Source: Acidimicrobiia bacterium
GTDB taxonomy: Bacteria > Actinomycetota > Acidimicrobiia > Spongiisociales > Spongiisociaceae
Length of the DNA: 64,000 bases
Direction of reading: 5' to 3'
Assembly: GCA_041576165.1 (NCBI GenBank)
Contig: JBFGLM010000003.1
Location: 64,001-128,000 of the forward strand
Made by a program: the position numbers and the translations under genes. Of the stretch, positions 9,472 through 19,130 are shown piece by piece; position 1 is the stretch's first letter, and each line of letters starts with the position of its first letter. Under the pieces are notes generated by a model that was given only the letters and a program-made list of their open reading frames with translations, had not been told where the DNA came from and made no database searches.

Positions 9472-11748
9472 GTGGCCCTCATCGGGAGCTCCGTCAAACG
9501 GGTGGAGGACCGGCCGATGTTGCGCGGCGAGGCGCGATTTGCCGCCGATGTCTCGTTGCCGCATCAGCTCCACATGCGAGTCGTCCGCTCACCGCTCGCC
9601 GCGGGGCGTTTGCTGTCTGTCGAGATGGAGGACGCGCTGGCGCTCCACGGCGTGGTCGCAGTCTGGGCGTCTCCAGACGTGGCCGACCTGGGGGTCATCG
9701 ATTTCCGGATGACGAAGGTCGGCGGGCTCGAGCCGTACCGCCAGCCGGTGCTCGCCCGCGACTTCGTTCGATATGTCGGCGAACCCCTCGCGGTGGTATT
9801 TGCCGATGATGCGTACGTGGCGGAGGACGCCGCCGATCTGGTGTTTGCCGACATCGAACCACTGGAAGCGGCCACGGATGCGCGCCGGGCGGCGCCGTTC
9901 CTGCCCGACCTATCTCCTGAGGTAGCGCTCATCGAAAAGTCGTACGGCGACGTCGAGGCTGCCTTTGCCGCAGCGGACAGCGTGGTCGAGCTCGAGCTGA
10001 TCGTCGGGCGCCACACCGGCGTGCCCATGGAGACCCGGGGGAGCCTGGCCGCGTGGGACGGCACCATGCTGCGGGTGTACGGGGCCGCCAAGGTGCCGCA
10101 CTACAACCGCCAGGCCCTGAGTCGCATGCTCGGGATCCCACCCCCTCAGGTGCATCTCCACGAGGGGCATGTGGGCGGTGGATTCGGGATCAGAGGCGAG
10201 TTGTATCCCGAGGACGTCCTGGTGGCGGCGGCCGCGATACGGCTGGGCCGGCCTGTGAAATGGATCGAGGATCGACGCGAGCACCTGCTGGCCGCCAACC
10301 ACTCGCGGGATCAGGTTCACCGCGTTCGGGCGGCGGTACGCAGCGACGGATTCGTGCTGGCGATCGATGACGAGTTCTGGCTCGATCAGGGTGCCTACGT
10401 CCGTACCCACGCGGTTACGGTGCCCGATCTGACGGCCGCCATGCTGCCCGGACCGTACCTGGTCCCCGCCTACCGGGCCCGCGGTCACGTTGTGCTCACC
10501 AACAAGACGCCGGCGGGTACTTACCGGGCACCGGGCCGGTACGAAGGAACGTTCGTCCGGGAGCGACTCGTCGATGCGATCGCGGCCGAACTGGACATCG
10601 ACCCGATCGAGGTCCGCCGGCGCAACTTGATCCCAGCGGACCAGATGCCGTATCACCGCGAGCTGATGGCGCTCGGGACCGAGGTCACGCACGATTCGGG
10701 CCGGTACCACCACCTGCTGGATCAGACGCTCGCCCACCTCGACCACCCGGCGCTAGAGGCCGAACTGGCCGGGCGGCGGGCGGCGGGCGAGCTGGTGGGG
10801 TTGGGCCTCGCGTGCTTTGTGGAAAAGAGCGGCCTGGGTCCCTACGAGGGGGTGACGGTGACGGTCGACGAAAGCGGCGCAGTCGAGGTGGTGACCGGAG
10901 CGGCGTCGGTCGGACAGGGGGTGGAGACCGTCATCGGTCAGATCTGTGGCGACGAGCTGGGTGCCGGTCTCGACGCCATCCGAGTGATCCATGGGCAGAC
11001 CGACCGGATCTCGCACGGAATGGGCGCTTTCGCGTCCCGGGTCACCGTGATGACCGGGGCCGCCACCCAGATGGCGGCCCAGACGGTGCGGCGGAAGCTA
11101 CTCGACGTGGCCAGCACGCTGCTCGAGGCCGACCCGACCGATCTCACCGTCCGGGATGGAGTGGTCTCGGTAAAAGGATCGCCTGGCACCCCGTCAGTCT
11201 CTTTCGCGGAAGTGGCCCAGGCCGTAGCTCCCGGTACGCCGGGAGGCGCCGCGCACGGTCCGGGACTGTCGGCGACCGAGTGGTTCACGTCCCAACACAT
11301 GAGCTACCCGTACGGAGTACACGCCGCGATCGTACGGGTCGATCCCGACACCGTGGCCGTGACCGTCGAGCGGTATGTCATCGCCTATGACATCGGGCGG
11401 GCCGTCAATCCCCAACTCGTCGACGGCCAGTTGGTGGGAGCCGCCGCCCAGGGCATAGGCGGAGCGCTGTACGAAGAGTTCCGCTACGACGAACACGGCC
11501 AGCCGCTGGCGGCCTCATTCATGGACTATCTGATGCCGACTGCTTGCGAGATGCCGGTTGTAGAAACCCTCGTCACCGAGGACGCACCGAGCCCTCTCAA
11601 TCCGCTGGGTCTCAAGGGGGCGGGCGAGGGCGGCATCACGGCCGTTGGTGCGGCTGTCGCTGCGGCCATTGACGCTGCCGTCGGACGGCCAGGCACCGTC
11701 GTGCGCATCCCGGCGACACCCGACCGGCTCCGGGCTGCGCTGGGCTAG
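9472..11748 (+). CDS. Xanthine dehydrogenase-family molybdopterin large subunit (L2)
   Basis: VGGGFGIRGE, loop GTYRAPGR, GAFASR and KGAGEGG; 758 aa. Confidence 0.92.
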   Translation: MALIGSSVKRVEDRPMLRGEARFAADVSLPHQLHMRVVRSPLAAGRLLSVEMEDALALHGVVAVWASPDVADLGVIDFRMTKVGGLEPYRQPVLARDFVRYVGEPLAVVFADDAYVAEDAADLVFADIEPLEAATDARRAAPFLPDLSPEVALIEKSYGDVEAAFAAADSVVELELIVGRHTGVPMETRGSLAAWDGTMLRVYGAAKVPHYNRQALSRMLGIPPPQVHLHEGHVGGGFGIRGELYPEDVLVAAAAIRLGRPVKWIEDRREHLLAANHSRDQVHRVRAAVRSDGFVLAIDDEFWLDQGAYVRTHAVTVPDLTAAMLPGPYLVPAYRARGHVVLTNKTPAGTYRAPGRYEGTFVRERLVDAIAAELDIDPIEVRRRNLIPADQMPYHRELMALGTEVTHDSGRYHHLLDQTLAHLDHPALEAELAGRRAAGELVGLGLACFVEKSGLGPYEGVTVTVDESGAVEVVTGAASVGQGVETVIGQICGDELGAGLDAIRVIHGQTDRISHGMGAFASRVTVMTGAATQMAAQTVRRKLLDVASTLLEADPTDLTVRDGVVSVKGSPGTPSVSFAEVAQAVAPGTPGGAAHGPGLSATEWFTSQHMSYPYGVHAAIVRVDPDTVAVTVERYVIAYDIGRAVNPQLVDGQLVGAAAQGIGGALYEEFRYDEHGQPLAASFMDYLMPTACEMPVVETLVTEDAPSPLNPLGLKGAGEGGITAVGAAVAAAIDAAVGRPGTVVRIPATPDRLRAALG

Positions 11749-11884
11749 CCCGGACGCGAGCGCTTGCACCATTGGGCGGGGTCGACGGCGGTGTCCAGCC
11801 AATATCACTCAGATTGAAGAGACTTGAGCATGGCTCGATGGAGCTGGCTAGAGTCCTTGCGATCGGCTTCGAGGAGGATCGAAC

Positions 11885-13147
11885 GTGACGGCTGAGCTGA
11901 TCACCTCCAGCGCCCCGCGACCCCTGGCCAACTACAGCGAGGCATACCGGGTGGGCGACCTCGTTTTCGCTGCCGGCCAGCTGGCATCTGACTTCGTGAC
12001 GGGTGTGCCGCCCGAGGCCTCGACAAACAAGGCTTTTCCCTTCTACGGCTCGGAGATCAAGGCCCAAACCCGCTACATCCTCGACAACCTAGGCGCGACC
12101 TTCGAGGCCGCCGGATCTTCGCTCGAGAACATCGTGAAGGCGCAGGTGTTCATGACCGACATGCGCGACTTCAACGCGTTCGACGAGGTCTGGAAGGAGT
12201 ATTTCGGAGCCAACGTGCCGGCTCGGACCACCGTGGGCACCACCGAGCTGCTCGGGGCAGGGCCCGCCCAGCTCATCGAGATCGATCTGATCGGTCACAC
12301 GAACGACATCGAGGGTGAGGTGATCAGCTCGTCCGCTCCCAGTCCGCTTGCCAACTACACAGAGGCGATCCGGGTTGGAAATCTCGTATTTGCAGCCGGC
12401 CAGCTTGCGAACGACTTCGTCACCGGGGTCCCGGCTGAGGCGAAGGTACATCCGAACTTTCCGTACTACGGATCGGACATCAAACTGCAGACCCGCTACA
12501 TCCTCGACAATTTCATCAAGACGTTCGAAGCCGCCGACTCGTCGCTGGATAACGTGGTCAAAGCACAGGTGTTCATGATGGACATGGCGGACTTCAACGG
12601 ATTCGACGAGGTGTGGAGGGAGTACTTCGGCGACAATCCGCCGCCGCGGACCACCGTCGGGACGACCGAGCTGTTGGGCTCCGGCCCGGAGCAGCTGCTC
12701 GAGATCGACCTGATCGCGCACACCAACACCACCTCCAAACGGGTCGTTACCTCCGATGCCCCCCAACCGCTGGCCAACTATTCAGAAGCTGTCATCGTGG
12801 ACGGACTGGTGTTCGCAGCGGGTCAGCTGGCGTCGGACTTCGAGACAGGGGTCCCGCCCGGAGCTCGAGCCAATCCGGCCTTCCCGTTCTATGGCTCCAA
12901 CATCAAGGCGCAAGCCCGCTACATCCTGGACAACCTCAGGAAGACCTTCACGGCCGCCGGTGGTTCGTTGACCAGCGCTTTCAAAGCCCAGGTCTTCATG
13001 ACCGACCTGCGCGACTTCAACGCGTTCGACGAGGTCTGGAAGGAGTACTTCGGTGATCAGCTCCCGGCCCGAACCACGGTCGGTACCAGCGGTCTCCTGG
13101 TAAAGGACACGCTCGTGGAAGTAGATCTCATCGGCGCCGTCGACTGA
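11885..13147 (+). CDS. Triple-domain Rid (YjgF/YER057c/UK114) protein
   Basis: Three tandem units of about 141 aa, each with NY[ST]EA...VFAAGQ...F..FDEVW.EYF...P[AP]RTTVG...E[IV]DLI. Confidence 0.88.
   Translation: MTAELITSSAPRPLANYSEAYRVGDLVFAAGQLASDFVTGVPPEASTNKAFPFYGSEIKAQTRYILDNLGATFEAAGSSLENIVKAQVFMTDMRDFNAFDEVWKEYFGANVPARTTVGTTELLGAGPAQLIEIDLIGHTNDIEGEVISSSAPSPLANYTEAIRVGNLVFAAGQLANDFVTGVPAEAKVHPNFPYYGSDIKLQTRYILDNFIKTFEAADSSLDNVVKAQVFMMDMADFNGFDEVWREYFGDNPPPRTTVGTTELLGSGPEQLLEIDLIAHTNTTSKRVVTSDAPQPLANYSEAVIVDGLVFAAGQLASDFETGVPPGARANPAFPFYGSNIKAQARYILDNLRKTFTAAGGSLTSAFKAQVFMTDLRDFNAFDEVWKEYFGDQLPARTTVGTSGLLVKDTLVEVDLIGAVD
11885..13147 (+). repeat. Intragenic threefold tandem repeat with a 423-bp period
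   Basis: Homologous CAGGTxTTCATGA...TTCGACGAGGT blocks start at 12143, 12566 and 12989. Confidence 0.85.
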
Positions 13148-13186
13148 CGGTGCCAACGGAAATCAGCCGAGACAGAAGGGGCACGC

Positions 13187-14506
13187 ATGAGGAGGAAATG
13201 GCCGAGGTATGCGGTCGCGCTGTTGGTGTTCACCCTGGTGGCTGCCGCATGCGGCGACGGCGATGATGAAACGGCCGACACGGCCGCAGACGCAGGAACG
13301 GAAACGACCGCAGCCGGCGATACCGGAGCAGCGCCCAGCGGTGAGCCGATCAAGCTGGGCATGCTCATCGGCGTGACCGGCGACTACTCACCTTGGTACG
13401 ACCCGAGCAAAGCCGGCGCCGATGTAGCTATTGACGAGATCAACGCCGCCGGTGGCGTGCTCGGTCGTCCGGTCGAGCTCGTCGTGGTCGACAACCTGTC
13501 GACCCCAGAAGGCGCCGTTCAGGGCTTCAATCAGATCGTGGACGTCGAGGCGGTTGACGCCCTCGGCGGCGTGGAGTCAGACGGCGCGGTCGCCAACCTG
13601 CAAACGATCAAAGAGCTAGAACTGCCGACGATGTGTCCTGCATGCGGTACGTCGGAGCTCGACGAGGCCGGGGGCGATTACATCTTCCGCATCACCGGCT
13701 CCGACACGGATGGCGGCATCATCGCTGCGCAGTTCGCCCGCGACTCCGGGTTCACCAGCGTGGCGATGCTGGTACAGAACACCGAGGGCGCCTCGGCTCC
13801 GGCCGACGTCTTCAAAGAGGTGTTCCAGTCGACAGGTGGTGAGATAGTCGCGGACGTACGCTTCGATCCGGGCCAGGCGTCATACCAGGCGCAGGTGGAT
13901 CAAGCCTTCGCGGACGAACCCGATGCGGTATACCTGGGAGCAGGATTCGAAGCCGGTGGGATCATCCTGCAGGAGTGGCAACGGCGCGGTTACGGCGGGA
14001 ACTGGTTGTTTTCGCCCGACCTCATCGTCCCCGAGATCGCCAGCCTGGTGGATCAAGGCGTGGAGATCGGCGATGGCGTGGCCCGTGCTGCCATCCCGTC
14101 CTATGACACCAGCAGCAACGCGTACACCTCGTATGCGCCGCGTTATGAGGCGATAACAGGTGAGCCTCCCTCACCCGGCTTGTATGACGCCAACCAATAC
14201 GACCAGTACATCGTGCTGGCGCTGGCAATGGCCGCTGCCGGCTCCACTGACGGAGCTGCAGTCTCCGAACAGATACCGGCGATCCTGAATCCGCCCGGAA
14301 CGGTGGTTTACACCTACGCCGACGGTCTGGCGGCGCTGGAAGCCGGTGACGACATCGACTTCCACGGCGCGTCCTCGTCGCTGGACGTGAATCAGTTCGG
14401 CAATCTGTCCAGCCCGACCTTCGGCGAACAACAGATCATGGACGGCGAGTGGACCCAGGTCGGCGAGGTGACCCTGGATCCCGCTTTGAAGGAGGCGCTC
14501 AGCTAG
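13187..14506 (+). CDS. Liv-type ABC substrate-binding lipoprotein
   Basis: Lipobox AAAC, Thr/Ala linker and the motif AIDEINAAGGVLGRPVELV. Confidence 0.9.
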   Translation: MRRKWPRYAVALLVFTLVAAACGDGDDETADTAADAGTETTAAGDTGAAPSGEPIKLGMLIGVTGDYSPWYDPSKAGADVAIDEINAAGGVLGRPVELVVVDNLSTPEGAVQGFNQIVDVEAVDALGGVESDGAVANLQTIKELELPTMCPACGTSELDEAGGDYIFRITGSDTDGGIIAAQFARDSGFTSVAMLVQNTEGASAPADVFKEVFQSTGGEIVADVRFDPGQASYQAQVDQAFADEPDAVYLGAGFEAGGIILQEWQRRGYGGNWLFSPDLIVPEIASLVDQGVEIGDGVARAAIPSYDTSSNAYTSYAPRYEAITGEPPSPGLYDANQYDQYIVLALAMAAAGSTDGAAVSEQIPAILNPPGTVVYTYADGLAALEAGDDIDFHGASSSLDVNQFGNLSSPTFGEQQIMDGEWTQVGEVTLDPALKEALS

Positions 14507-14517
14507 TAGACGGCGGA

Positions 14518-14547
14518 CCCGGGGGGCGGTACCGCCCGCTTCCCGGG
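14518..14547 (+). terminator. GC-rich stem-loop after the SBP gene (mRNA-stabilising or attenuating)
   Basis: CCCGGG-GGGCGGTACCGCCC-GCTT-CCCGGG directly follows the SBP stop; no U-tract. Confidence 0.4.
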
Positions 14548-14567
14548 GCCCTCGACGCAGCTGTCAC

Positions 14568-15431
14568 ATGCAGAACATCATCTTCGGCCTCATCACGGGC
14601 AGCATCCTCGCGATTGCCACCGTCGGCTTCTCGATGATTCGCCAGACTGAGGGATTCATCAACATTGCCCACGGCCAGTTCCTGACACTTGGTGCGTTCA
14701 TGGGGTTCTTTTTCGTGTCCACCGTGGGGGTCAATGTGTTCTTGGCCGGGCTACTGGCGGCAATCGTCGTGGGGGTCTCAGGGGTGGTGATTTCGCGCAT
14801 TGTTTTCCGGCCGATCGCCCACTCGGGGCCGCTGGCGCAGCTGTTCACATCGATCGGCCTGGCGTTTCTCATGTTCGGCCTCATCCGAGTCGTGTTCGGT
14901 GCCAGCGTGAAGTTCTTCCCGACCAGCTTTGGGACCCGGTTCGATCTCGGTCCGGTCAACGTCACGGTGGGCGAGATACTCATCGTGGCGGTCGCCGGGG
15001 TGAGCGTGGCGGCGCTTGCCCTGTTCCTCACCCGCACCCGGTTGGGAACCTCGATACGAGCCACTGCCTCCAACCCGTCACTCGCAGAGGTGCGTGGCAT
15101 CCCGGTCGAACGGGTTTCGGCGGCGGTGTGGTTCATCGCGTCGGGCCTCGCCGGCCTGGCGGGCGTGATGGTCGGGTTGATCAGCAACGTCAATTCTGAG
15201 ATGGGTTTCCAGCAGATCCTCATAATCCTGGCCGCCGCGGTGTTGGGAGGGCTGGGCTCGATCTATGGAGTGCTCGCGGCGGGCCTGCTCCTGGGCCTGG
15301 CGATGGACCTGTCCGCCCTCGTCATCCCGACCGCCTATCGCTCCGTTGTCGCCTTCGGGCTCTTGATCGTGGTACTGGTGGTGCGCCCCCAGGGTCTGTT
15401 CGCGATCGCAGCCCGCAAGGAGGCCGCATGA
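14568..15431 (+). CDS. Branched-chain amino acid-type ABC permease (LivH-like)
   Basis: GFINIAHG, TRLGTSIRA and VLGGLGS motifs; hydrophobic. Confidence 0.9.
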   Translation: MQNIIFGLITGSILAIATVGFSMIRQTEGFINIAHGQFLTLGAFMGFFFVSTVGVNVFLAGLLAAIVVGVSGVVISRIVFRPIAHSGPLAQLFTSIGLAFLMFGLIRVVFGASVKFFPTSFGTRFDLGPVNVTVGEILIVAVAGVSVAALALFLTRTRLGTSIRATASNPSLAEVRGIPVERVSAAVWFIASGLAGLAGVMVGLISNVNSEMGFQQILIILAAAVLGGLGSIYGVLAAGLLLGLAMDLSALVIPTAYRSVVAFGLLIVVLVVRPQGLFAIAARKEAA

Positions 15432-16381
15432 CGGGGGTGTTCTTCTTCTTCGTTGGTGTGCTGACGCTGGCCGGCATATTCGCGGTATTCGCCATGATCC
15501 TGAACCTCGAGGCCGGATGGGCCGGCATGTGGGATCTGGGCATCGCCGGGTTGCTGGCCGTCGGCGGTTACACGTTCATCATCTTCACGCAAACCCAATC
15601 CGACGACGTGGCGTTCGCTCCCGGCCTGCCGATGTGGGTGGGAGTGATTCTGGGGAGCCTCGCCGGCGGCGTTGCGGCGCTGATCATCGGCGTCCCTTCG
15701 TTGCGTGTGCGCGGCGAGTACTTCTTGATAACCACGCTGGCGTTCGCCGAGGTGATCCGCCAGCTGGCGGTGAATCTCAGCTCCATCACCCGTGGCACCG
15801 TCGGGTTCAACCAGTTCGACCGGCCGTTTGAGTTTGTTGCTACCGGTCGCGGATACCGGGTGCTTCTCCTCGTTCTCGTATGGGTCGCAGCCGGACTCAT
15901 ATACCTGTTCATGCGCCGGTTGGTTCATGCTCCATACGGTCGTGTTCTGCGTGCGTTTCGCGACAACGATCCCGTGGCTCTCTCGCTCGGTAAGCACACC
16001 AACCGGCATCGGATTCAAACCTTCGTCCTGGCCGGTCTGCTGTACGGGGCGGCAGCACCGTTGTATCTATGGTTCTTGCGTATAGCGACGCCGTCGGTCT
16101 TCAGCGCGGAGGTGACCTTCGTGGCCTGGACGGCGCTCGTGATCGGCGGCATCGGGTCGAAAGCTGGACCGATCCTGGGAGCTGTCGTGCTCCTCGTTGT
16201 CACAGAAGTCGTTTCGCTGACACAGGGATCGGCCGAGCTGGCCGTACTACTCGCCTCGGCACGCTTCGTGGTGCTCGGCCTCGTTCTCATCCTGGTGATG
16301 CGCTACCGGCCCGCCGGGATCATCAGCGAGCAGAGGTCCCTTGCGGGGGCGTCACAACGCGTTGCGGAAACGGTGCCATGA
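15428..16381 (+). CDS. Branched-chain amino acid-type ABC permease (LivM-like)
   Basis: LRVRGEYFLITTLAF, PYGRVLRAFRD and IGGIGS motifs. Confidence 0.9.
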   Translation: MTGVFFFFVGVLTLAGIFAVFAMILNLEAGWAGMWDLGIAGLLAVGGYTFIIFTQTQSDDVAFAPGLPMWVGVILGSLAGGVAALIIGVPSLRVRGEYFLITTLAFAEVIRQLAVNLSSITRGTVGFNQFDRPFEFVATGRGYRVLLLVLVWVAAGLIYLFMRRLVHAPYGRVLRAFRDNDPVALSLGKHTNRHRIQTFVLAGLLYGAAAPLYLWFLRIATPSVFSAEVTFVAWTALVIGGIGSKAGPILGAVVLLVVTEVVSLTQGSAELAVLLASARFVVLGLVLILVMRYRPAGIISEQRSLAGASQRVAETVP

Positions 16382-17133
16382 GCATCCTCGACGTCCAGCA
16401 GGTAACCAAGCGGTTCGGGGGCGTTGTCGCAGTCAATCACGTGGATCTTGCGGTTGCAGAAGGCCAGATAGTGGCCGTCATCGGGCCCAATGGTGCCGGC
16501 AAGACGTCATTGTTCAACGTCGTGTCCGGGTTCGAGACCCCGGACGAAGGCACCGTCACTCTGGACGGCCGGCGCATCGACCGCCAACAACCCTGGCAGA
16601 TCGCCCGGCTTGGCTTGGTCCGGAGTTTTCAGACCCCCGTGGGGTTTCCGGAGCTGAGCGTGTGGGAGAACCTGATGGTGGCGGGGACGGTGCGTGACAC
16701 CGAGCCGGTGCTTTCGGCGCTGAGTGGACGGTGGCGGCGGTCCGAGACCGACGCCAACCGCCGGGCGCTGGATCTGCTCGAACGGCTTGCGTTGGAGAAT
16801 CACTTGGATACTCGTCTGGCTGATCTCACGCCGGGCGACATCAAGCTGGTCGATTTCGCCCGCCAGCTCATGATGCGACCGAGGATGATGTTGCTCGATG
16901 AACCGGCCAGCGGCGTCGATCCCGCCAGCATTGGCCGGTTGAGCGAGCTGATTGCAGACGTCCGGCGAGATGGAATCACGGTGCTGGTGATCGACCACAA
17001 CATCGGGTTCGTGTTGGGCGTCGCCGACCATGTTCACGTCATGGCGCTCGGCGAAGTGATCGCATCCGGTACGCCGGGCGAGATCGTGGCGGACCAGGCC
17101 GTGATCGAGATCTACCTCGGGAAGCGCGCCTGA
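16378..17133 (+). CDS. ABC ATP-binding protein (LivG-like)
   Basis: Walker A GPNGAGKT and Walker B LLDEP; ATG 16378 overlaps the upstream stop. Confidence 0.9.
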   Translation: MSILDVQQVTKRFGGVVAVNHVDLAVAEGQIVAVIGPNGAGKTSLFNVVSGFETPDEGTVTLDGRRIDRQQPWQIARLGLVRSFQTPVGFPELSVWENLMVAGTVRDTEPVLSALSGRWRRSETDANRRALDLLERLALENHLDTRLADLTPGDIKLVDFARQLMMRPRMMLLDEPASGVDPASIGRLSELIADVRRDGITVLVIDHNIGFVLGVADHVHVMALGEVIASGTPGEIVADQAVIEIYLGKRA

Positions 17134-17849
17134 TGCTGCTCGACGTCAAAGACCTGCGAACCGGGTACGGAACCCTGCCCGTCGTGCACGGGGTGTCCCT
17201 GTCGGTCGATCCGAATGAGGTCGTCGCGATCGTGGGGCCGAACGGGGCGGGCAAAACCTCGATAGTGAAGGCAATCATGGGCCAGCTGCCGCTGATGGGC
17301 GGCTCGGTCACGTTTGATGGCCGGGATCTCAGGCAGATTCGCCCGGCGGCGAGGCACCGGCTGGGTATGTCGACTGTTCCCCAGATCGGAAGCACATTTC
17401 CGGATCTCACCGTGGAGGACAATTTGCGGGTTTCGTTCTCGTCTCTGCCGCGTGACGAGATTGGCGGGGCCATCGAAGCGATCTATGAGATGTTCCCCGT
17501 CCTCAGCGAGCGACGCCGCCAGCTGGCGCGGACCCTGTCCGGCGGCGAACGGCAGATGCTGGCGTTTGGCTCCGGGGTCGGGACCCGCCCACGCTTCCTG
17601 GCGCTCGACGAGCCCACCACCGGGCTAGCCCCGACGATCATCGACAGTCTGGTTGAGAAGATCCTGGAGTACCGGCAGAGCGGCGCCTCCATACTGTGGG
17701 TCATCGAGGAAGAGCCGCTGTTGATTCTGCCCCACGTAGACCGGGTGTACGTCCTGAACTCGGGGGCCGTACAGGCGGAGATGCCGGCCCAAGAGCTCCT
17801 GGCAGACCGCTCGCTTCAATCGCTGTTCTTCGGCACGGAGACGATGTGA
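17133..17849 (+). CDS. ABC ATP-binding protein (LivF-like)
   Basis: GPNGAGKT, LSGGERQML and LDEP motifs. Confidence 0.9.
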   Translation: MLLDVKDLRTGYGTLPVVHGVSLSVDPNEVVAIVGPNGAGKTSIVKAIMGQLPLMGGSVTFDGRDLRQIRPAARHRLGMSTVPQIGSTFPDLTVEDNLRVSFSSLPRDEIGGAIEAIYEMFPVLSERRRQLARTLSGGERQMLAFGSGVGTRPRFLALDEPTTGLAPTIIDSLVEKILEYRQSGASILWVIEEEPLLILPHVDRVYVLNSGAVQAEMPAQELLADRSLQSLFFGTETM

Positions 17850-19054
17850 GTGCTTCCCTCCAGCCGCCGGTCTACCTCACGCCCTCCCGGATCGGCCCGC
17901 TGGAGGTAAAGAACCGCCTCGTCCGGGCCTCGACATCGGAGACCATGGCCACCGCTGCGGGCGACGCCACGGACATGCTCGCCGACCTCTATGGCGACCT
18001 GGCTGCCGGTGGTGCCGGGCTGCTGCTCACCGGCCACATCTATGTCGAGCCGCGAGGTCAGGCCAGCGCCGACCAGCCCGGCCTGTACGACGACCGCCAA
18101 ATCGCGCCGATGCAGAAGGTGACGGAGGCGGTTCATTCCAGCGGAGGTCTCATCTTTGCCGAGCTCGGCCACGCGGGGAGCCAGACGATGCTGCCGGAGG
18201 TCGGACCGATCGCTCCGTCGCCGACGGCCAACGAGATGTACGGTCTCCAACCCCGAGAAGCTACCGAGGATGACATCCAGGCGGTGATCGCTGCATTCGG
18301 AGATGCCGCCCGGCGCGCTCTAGCCGCAGGTTTCGATGGGATCCATATCCACGGCGGCAACGGGTACTTGATCTCGGAGTTCTCGTCGCCTTTGACCAAT
18401 CAGCGAGCCGACGCCTGGGGAGGGGATGGGCGCCGGCGTGGCCGGTTCCTGGGGGCTGTGTACGACGCAGTGCGGGCGGCTGTAGGCCCCCGCATGCCGG
18501 TGACCGCCCGGATCGGGATCGCCGACTCGATCCCGGGTGGTCTCGAGGTCGGTGAGAGCATCGATCGGGTCCGGGACCTGGCCGGACGCGGGCTGGATGC
18601 GGTCGAAGTGTCGTACGGCATCATGCGCAGCTACCTGGAGAACATCCGCCGCTATGTAGCGGTCGGGGCCAAGCAGGCAGCGGCCAATGGACTGGTCCAG
18701 CGGCTGTTCAGACCGAAGGGTGCCGAGGCGTACTACCGGGGGTTCGCCCACGCTGTCAAAGCCGCAGTCGAAATCCCGGTTATTCTCGTTGGCGGCATCC
18801 GTACCACCGAGACGATGACGGACGTACTCGAGTCGGGAGACGCCGATTTCCTGGCTATGGCGCGGCCCTTCATTCGAGAGCCGGATCTGCCCAACAAGCT
18901 TGCCGCGGGACGGACGGGGATGGTCGAATGTGTGTCCTGCAACATGTGTCTGGTGCACGACGGTTTCGACCCGCTCAGGTGTTGGAGGACCAGTCCGGCA
19001 GCGGTCGCCGCCCACGTCTATACACATTACGTGCGGGACCGGATCAAGCGCTGA
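17846..19054 (+). CDS. NADH:flavin oxidoreductase (Old Yellow Enzyme family) with a C-terminal Cys cluster
   Basis: KNRLVRA, GFDGIHIHGGNGYLISEFSSP, ARPFIREPD and CVSCNMC...C; GTG start at 17846. Confidence 0.88.
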   Translation: MSASLQPPVYLTPSRIGPLEVKNRLVRASTSETMATAAGDATDMLADLYGDLAAGGAGLLLTGHIYVEPRGQASADQPGLYDDRQIAPMQKVTEAVHSSGGLIFAELGHAGSQTMLPEVGPIAPSPTANEMYGLQPREATEDDIQAVIAAFGDAARRALAAGFDGIHIHGGNGYLISEFSSPLTNQRADAWGGDGRRRGRFLGAVYDAVRAAVGPRMPVTARIGIADSIPGGLEVGESIDRVRDLAGRGLDAVEVSYGIMRSYLENIRRYVAVGAKQAAANGLVQRLFRPKGAEAYYRGFAHAVKAAVEIPVILVGGIRTTETMTDVLESGDADFLAMARPFIREPDLPNKLAAGRTGMVECVSCNMCLVHDGFDPLRCWRTSPAAVAAHVYTHYVRDRIKR

Positions 19055-19130
19055 TCACCGAATGGCGCGACCCTGCCGATGGTCCGGTACGAGAGAGCGT
19101 GGGTGCGGTGGTATGAGCCGGCGGCCCCGC

